Positions 15,204-17,294 of a stretch of DNA of 17,294 bases are shown in pieces. Where the stretch lies: the NCBI GenBank assembly GCA_040400605.1, contig JBBAPZ010000010.1:57320-74613 (forward strand), read 5' to 3'. The translations under genes and the position numbers were made by a program. The stretch's first letter is position 1. Each line of letters begins with the position of its first letter. The notes below the pieces were generated by a model. That model did no database searches. It was not told the origin of the DNA and worked only from the letters and a program-made list of their open reading frames with translations. The DNA is from Candidatus Sericytochromatia bacterium (GTDB lineage: Bacteria; Cyanobacteriota; Sericytochromatia; S15B-MN24; JAQBPE01).

Positions 15204-16031
15204 TCAGTACCCCCAAGGGAAGTCTGAATGTTTGCGCAACATATCAACCAAACCGTTGAATTGGTGCGCTTCAACGTAACGAATCGCGCGTCGCAAACCT
15301 TCACCATACACCGGGTCTTGTGATTGAAGCATGCCCTTGCGCATCAAGACGGTCTCCGGACGCGGATTTTCTTGTAGAACGTAATACGCCGCCAGATTAC
15401 ACACGCCTTCTTCAAGTGCCGAGGCGTGTTTGGGTTGTTGATCCAAAAACATCCAGGCATGCATCAACTCATGTGCAGCGGTCCGTTCGAAAGCATCTTT
15501 TGAAAGACCATTGAGCATGGCAATTGACACCGCACGTCTCACCACCTGTCCTTGCGCGTCTTTCACCCAGGCTGTCGTGGTCAATCCCTGAATTTTGCCG
15601 CTGTGAAACCAGTTCTGTGCCCGGTACTGCTGATTCAACGTGTTTTGGCCAACCAACCGCACAGGAATGACACCATAGGGAAACTTCAGTCCCCATTGTT
15701 CCATCCTCGCACGAATTTTTTGCATCGCTTCCGCTGCCGCTGCATCCGTGGTAACAGCCGTCGCAAAGCACAAACTGCAAATGTTGCGACCATCGCCGTA
15801 CCTCATGCCCCCGCGTGTCTGAAATGGCGTGATACCACGTGAACAGTATTCGCAACGCGGCACTTGCCCATGCTCTGTGTGGTAGTAAACATCCCATTGG
15901 GTGTCTTTGAGAAAATTGCCCGCTGTAATGGCCCCACCACAGGCATTGCATGTCATGGCTGCTACCGCTGGCGTGCCAAGCACCGTCAGCAGCCCCACTA
16001 ACCACACACCAAACCAGCGGTACCTTGTCAT
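15204..16031 (-). CDS. Exported DA1-like zinc metallopeptidase with LIM-like Cys/His region
   Basis: Signal peptide, CxxC...HxxH...PRCxxC...DGRxxCxxC, AHELMHAW (HExxH), LEEGVCNL, DPVYGEGLR. Motif order matches the plant DA1/DAR peptidase domain. Confidence 0.8.
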   Translation of the reverse strand: MTRYRWFGVWLVGLLTVLGTPAVAAMTCNACGGAITAGNFLKDTQWDVYYHTEHGQVPRCEYCSRGITPFQTRGGMRYGDGRNICSLCFATAVTTDAAAAEAMQKIRARMEQWGLKFPYGVIPVRLVGQNTLNQQYRAQNWFHSGKIQGLTTTAWVKDAQGQVVRRAVSIAMLNGLSKDAFERTAAHELMHAWMFLDQQPKHASALEEGVCNLAAYYVLQENPRPETVLMRKGMLQSQDPVYGEGLRRAIRYVEAHQFNGLVDMLRKHSDFPWGY

Positions 16032-16129
16032 CTTGCTTTACCCGTCTACGCTGAAGTCCGTCACTTGACGGTGACCACGGTCTTTTAAAGAAAGTGTGTC
16101 AGCCTCCGTCCGGTTTTGTTTTGAGCGGA

Positions 16130-17294
16130 TCAAGGCAAATCGAGGCTTTGAATCCGGCCGTCGTTGTTACCGGCAACTACCAGTGTCTTGGGGCTTTTCA
16201 AAACGACGGCGATTGGGTTTAAACTGTTGAACTTTTTGGTTGTCGTCACCCCGCCATCGGCAACGTTGACGCGTCGGATCGCCGCATTAAAGGCGTCTAC
16301 GACATACAAGAATCCATTGGCACGATCCAATGCGAGATCCCTCGGTTGATCGAAAGAACTGGCAGTTCCGATGCCATCAATCAAACCACGATCCGGACTT
16401 CCGGCCAAGGTCGTCACAACCCCTGCCCCCGTGATTTTGCGAATGCGGTGGTTTTTGGTGTCCGCGACGTAAACGTCTCCATTGCTTGCGCATGCGATAC
16501 CACTTGGCGCATTGAACTGCGCGGCTGGACCCGTATCGTCCTTAAATCCTGCGGTTCCGCTTCCTGCAAGCGTGCTGACTGTCCGCGTACTCAATTCGAT
16601 CTTTCGAATCAGGTGATTGGCTTCATCTGCCACAAACAGGAAACTTTCATCTGGTGACAACGCGAGCGCCACGGGTTTATTGAAGGTGCCTGCCGTGCCG
16701 ATGCCGTTGTTATTACCCGGCGCACTCGTCGCGCCTGCGAGCGTGGTAACGGTTCCTGCCAAACTCGTCGCCGTGTCGAGTGCCACCTTGCGGATGGTGT
16801 GGGCAACATCATCCGCCACGTAAATGGTTTTGCCGTCTGCCGTGCACGCGATGCCCATCAGGGTTTCAAACAGGGCTTCTACGCCCACACCGTCTTTGTT
16901 GCCTGATACCAGTGCACCTGCGATAGTTTTGACTGAACCATCGGTGTTGATTCTGCGGACTTGGGTGCGATCCACCACGAACATGGTGCTATCGGTCGCT
17001 GCGGCGATCGCATCGATCTGATTGAAACGTGCCACTGTCGCGCTACCGTCCACGGTAACCGCTTTTTTCTCAATTGCCCCTGTTAGCGTGGTCAAGCCGG
17101 TTTCAGGAGCCGGTCCCGCTGCACTCGCGCTGGAGGAAGGCGCCGTGGAAGGTTGAGGGGTTCCACTGGGCGACGACTGGGGACTGGGACTCGTTGATGG
17201 TGTTACAGAAGGACTGGCGCTCGGACTCGGTGTGAACAATCCTTGTACAGCGCTAGCGGGTTTTGGCGTTGCTGACGCACTCGGAGACGCACTC
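16130..17294 (-). CDS. NHL-repeat beta-propeller protein with Ser/Pro-rich linker (5' end outside window)
   Basis: Repeats such as FNKPVALALSPDESFLFVADEANHLIRKI and FNAPSGIACASNGDVYVADTKNHRIRKI with TLAG...DG linkers. The frame stays open upstream of 17239 to the window edge (SASPSASATPKPASAVQG). Confidence 0.9.
   Translation of the reverse strand, partial: SASPSASATPKPASAVQGLFTPSPSASPSVTPSTSPSPQSSPSGTPQPSTAPSSSASAAGPAPETGLTTLTGAIEKKAVTVDGSATVARFNQIDAIAAATDSTMFVVDRTQVRRINTDGSVKTIAGALVSGNKDGVGVEALFETLMGIACTADGKTIYVADDVAHTIRKVALDTATSLAGTVTTLAGATSAPGNNNGIGTAGTFNKPVALALSPDESFLFVADEANHLIRKIELSTRTVSTLAGSGTAGFKDDTGPAAQFNAPSGIACASNGDVYVADTKNHRIRKITGAGVVTTLAGSPDRGLIDGIGTASSFDQPRDLALDRANGFLYVVDAFNAAIRRVNVADGGVTTTKKFNSLNPIAVVLKSPKTLVVAGNNDGRIQSLDLP

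Noticed and set aside
16058..16091. Three adjacent short palindromes (CCGTCActTGACGG, GACCacGGTC, TCTTTtAAAGA)
   Set aside because: Stems are short, loops are too small for a convincing terminator, and there is no second occurrence in the window.

Overview
Bacterial chromosomal window (~57% GC by eye) with 15 credible CDSs, two of them cut by the window edges. Left arm, - strand: trpS > rluB > rodZ > PsbP/DcrB-like lipoprotein > secreted ankyrin protein with a 51-bp tandem repeat. panB is divergent from trpS. The middle holds an alkaline-phosphatase/NPP-family enzyme and an unknown membrane protein (-), then a GT4 glycosyltransferase closely resembling cyanobacterial DGDG synthase DgdA, a LolA-fold lipoprotein and an exported cyclophilin (+). 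Right arm, - strand: NHL-repeat protein > exported DA1-like zinc-finger/HExxH peptidase > hutI > M1-aminopeptidase-like protein lacking its catalytic residues. The DgdA-like gene, the rluB-rodZ linkage and frequent GCGATCGC (HIP1) suggest Cyanobacteriota, possibly a non-photosynthetic class such as Sericytochromatia. That is inference and was not verified. The most notable non-coding signals are: (i) a ~132-bp MITE-like element with terminal inverted repeats and 9-bp flanking direct repeats, in two ~72%-identical copies (7268-7400 and 11693-11824); (ii) a second ~72-bp repeat in inverted orientation on either side of the NPP gene; (iii) a ~200-nt hairpin at 7314-7529; (iv) a 5'-to-3' gradient of G+T versus C+A skew within transcription units. 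I saw no tRNA, rRNA, CRISPR array or transposase. All alignments and counts were done by hand, and family assignments come from recalled motifs, not database searches.
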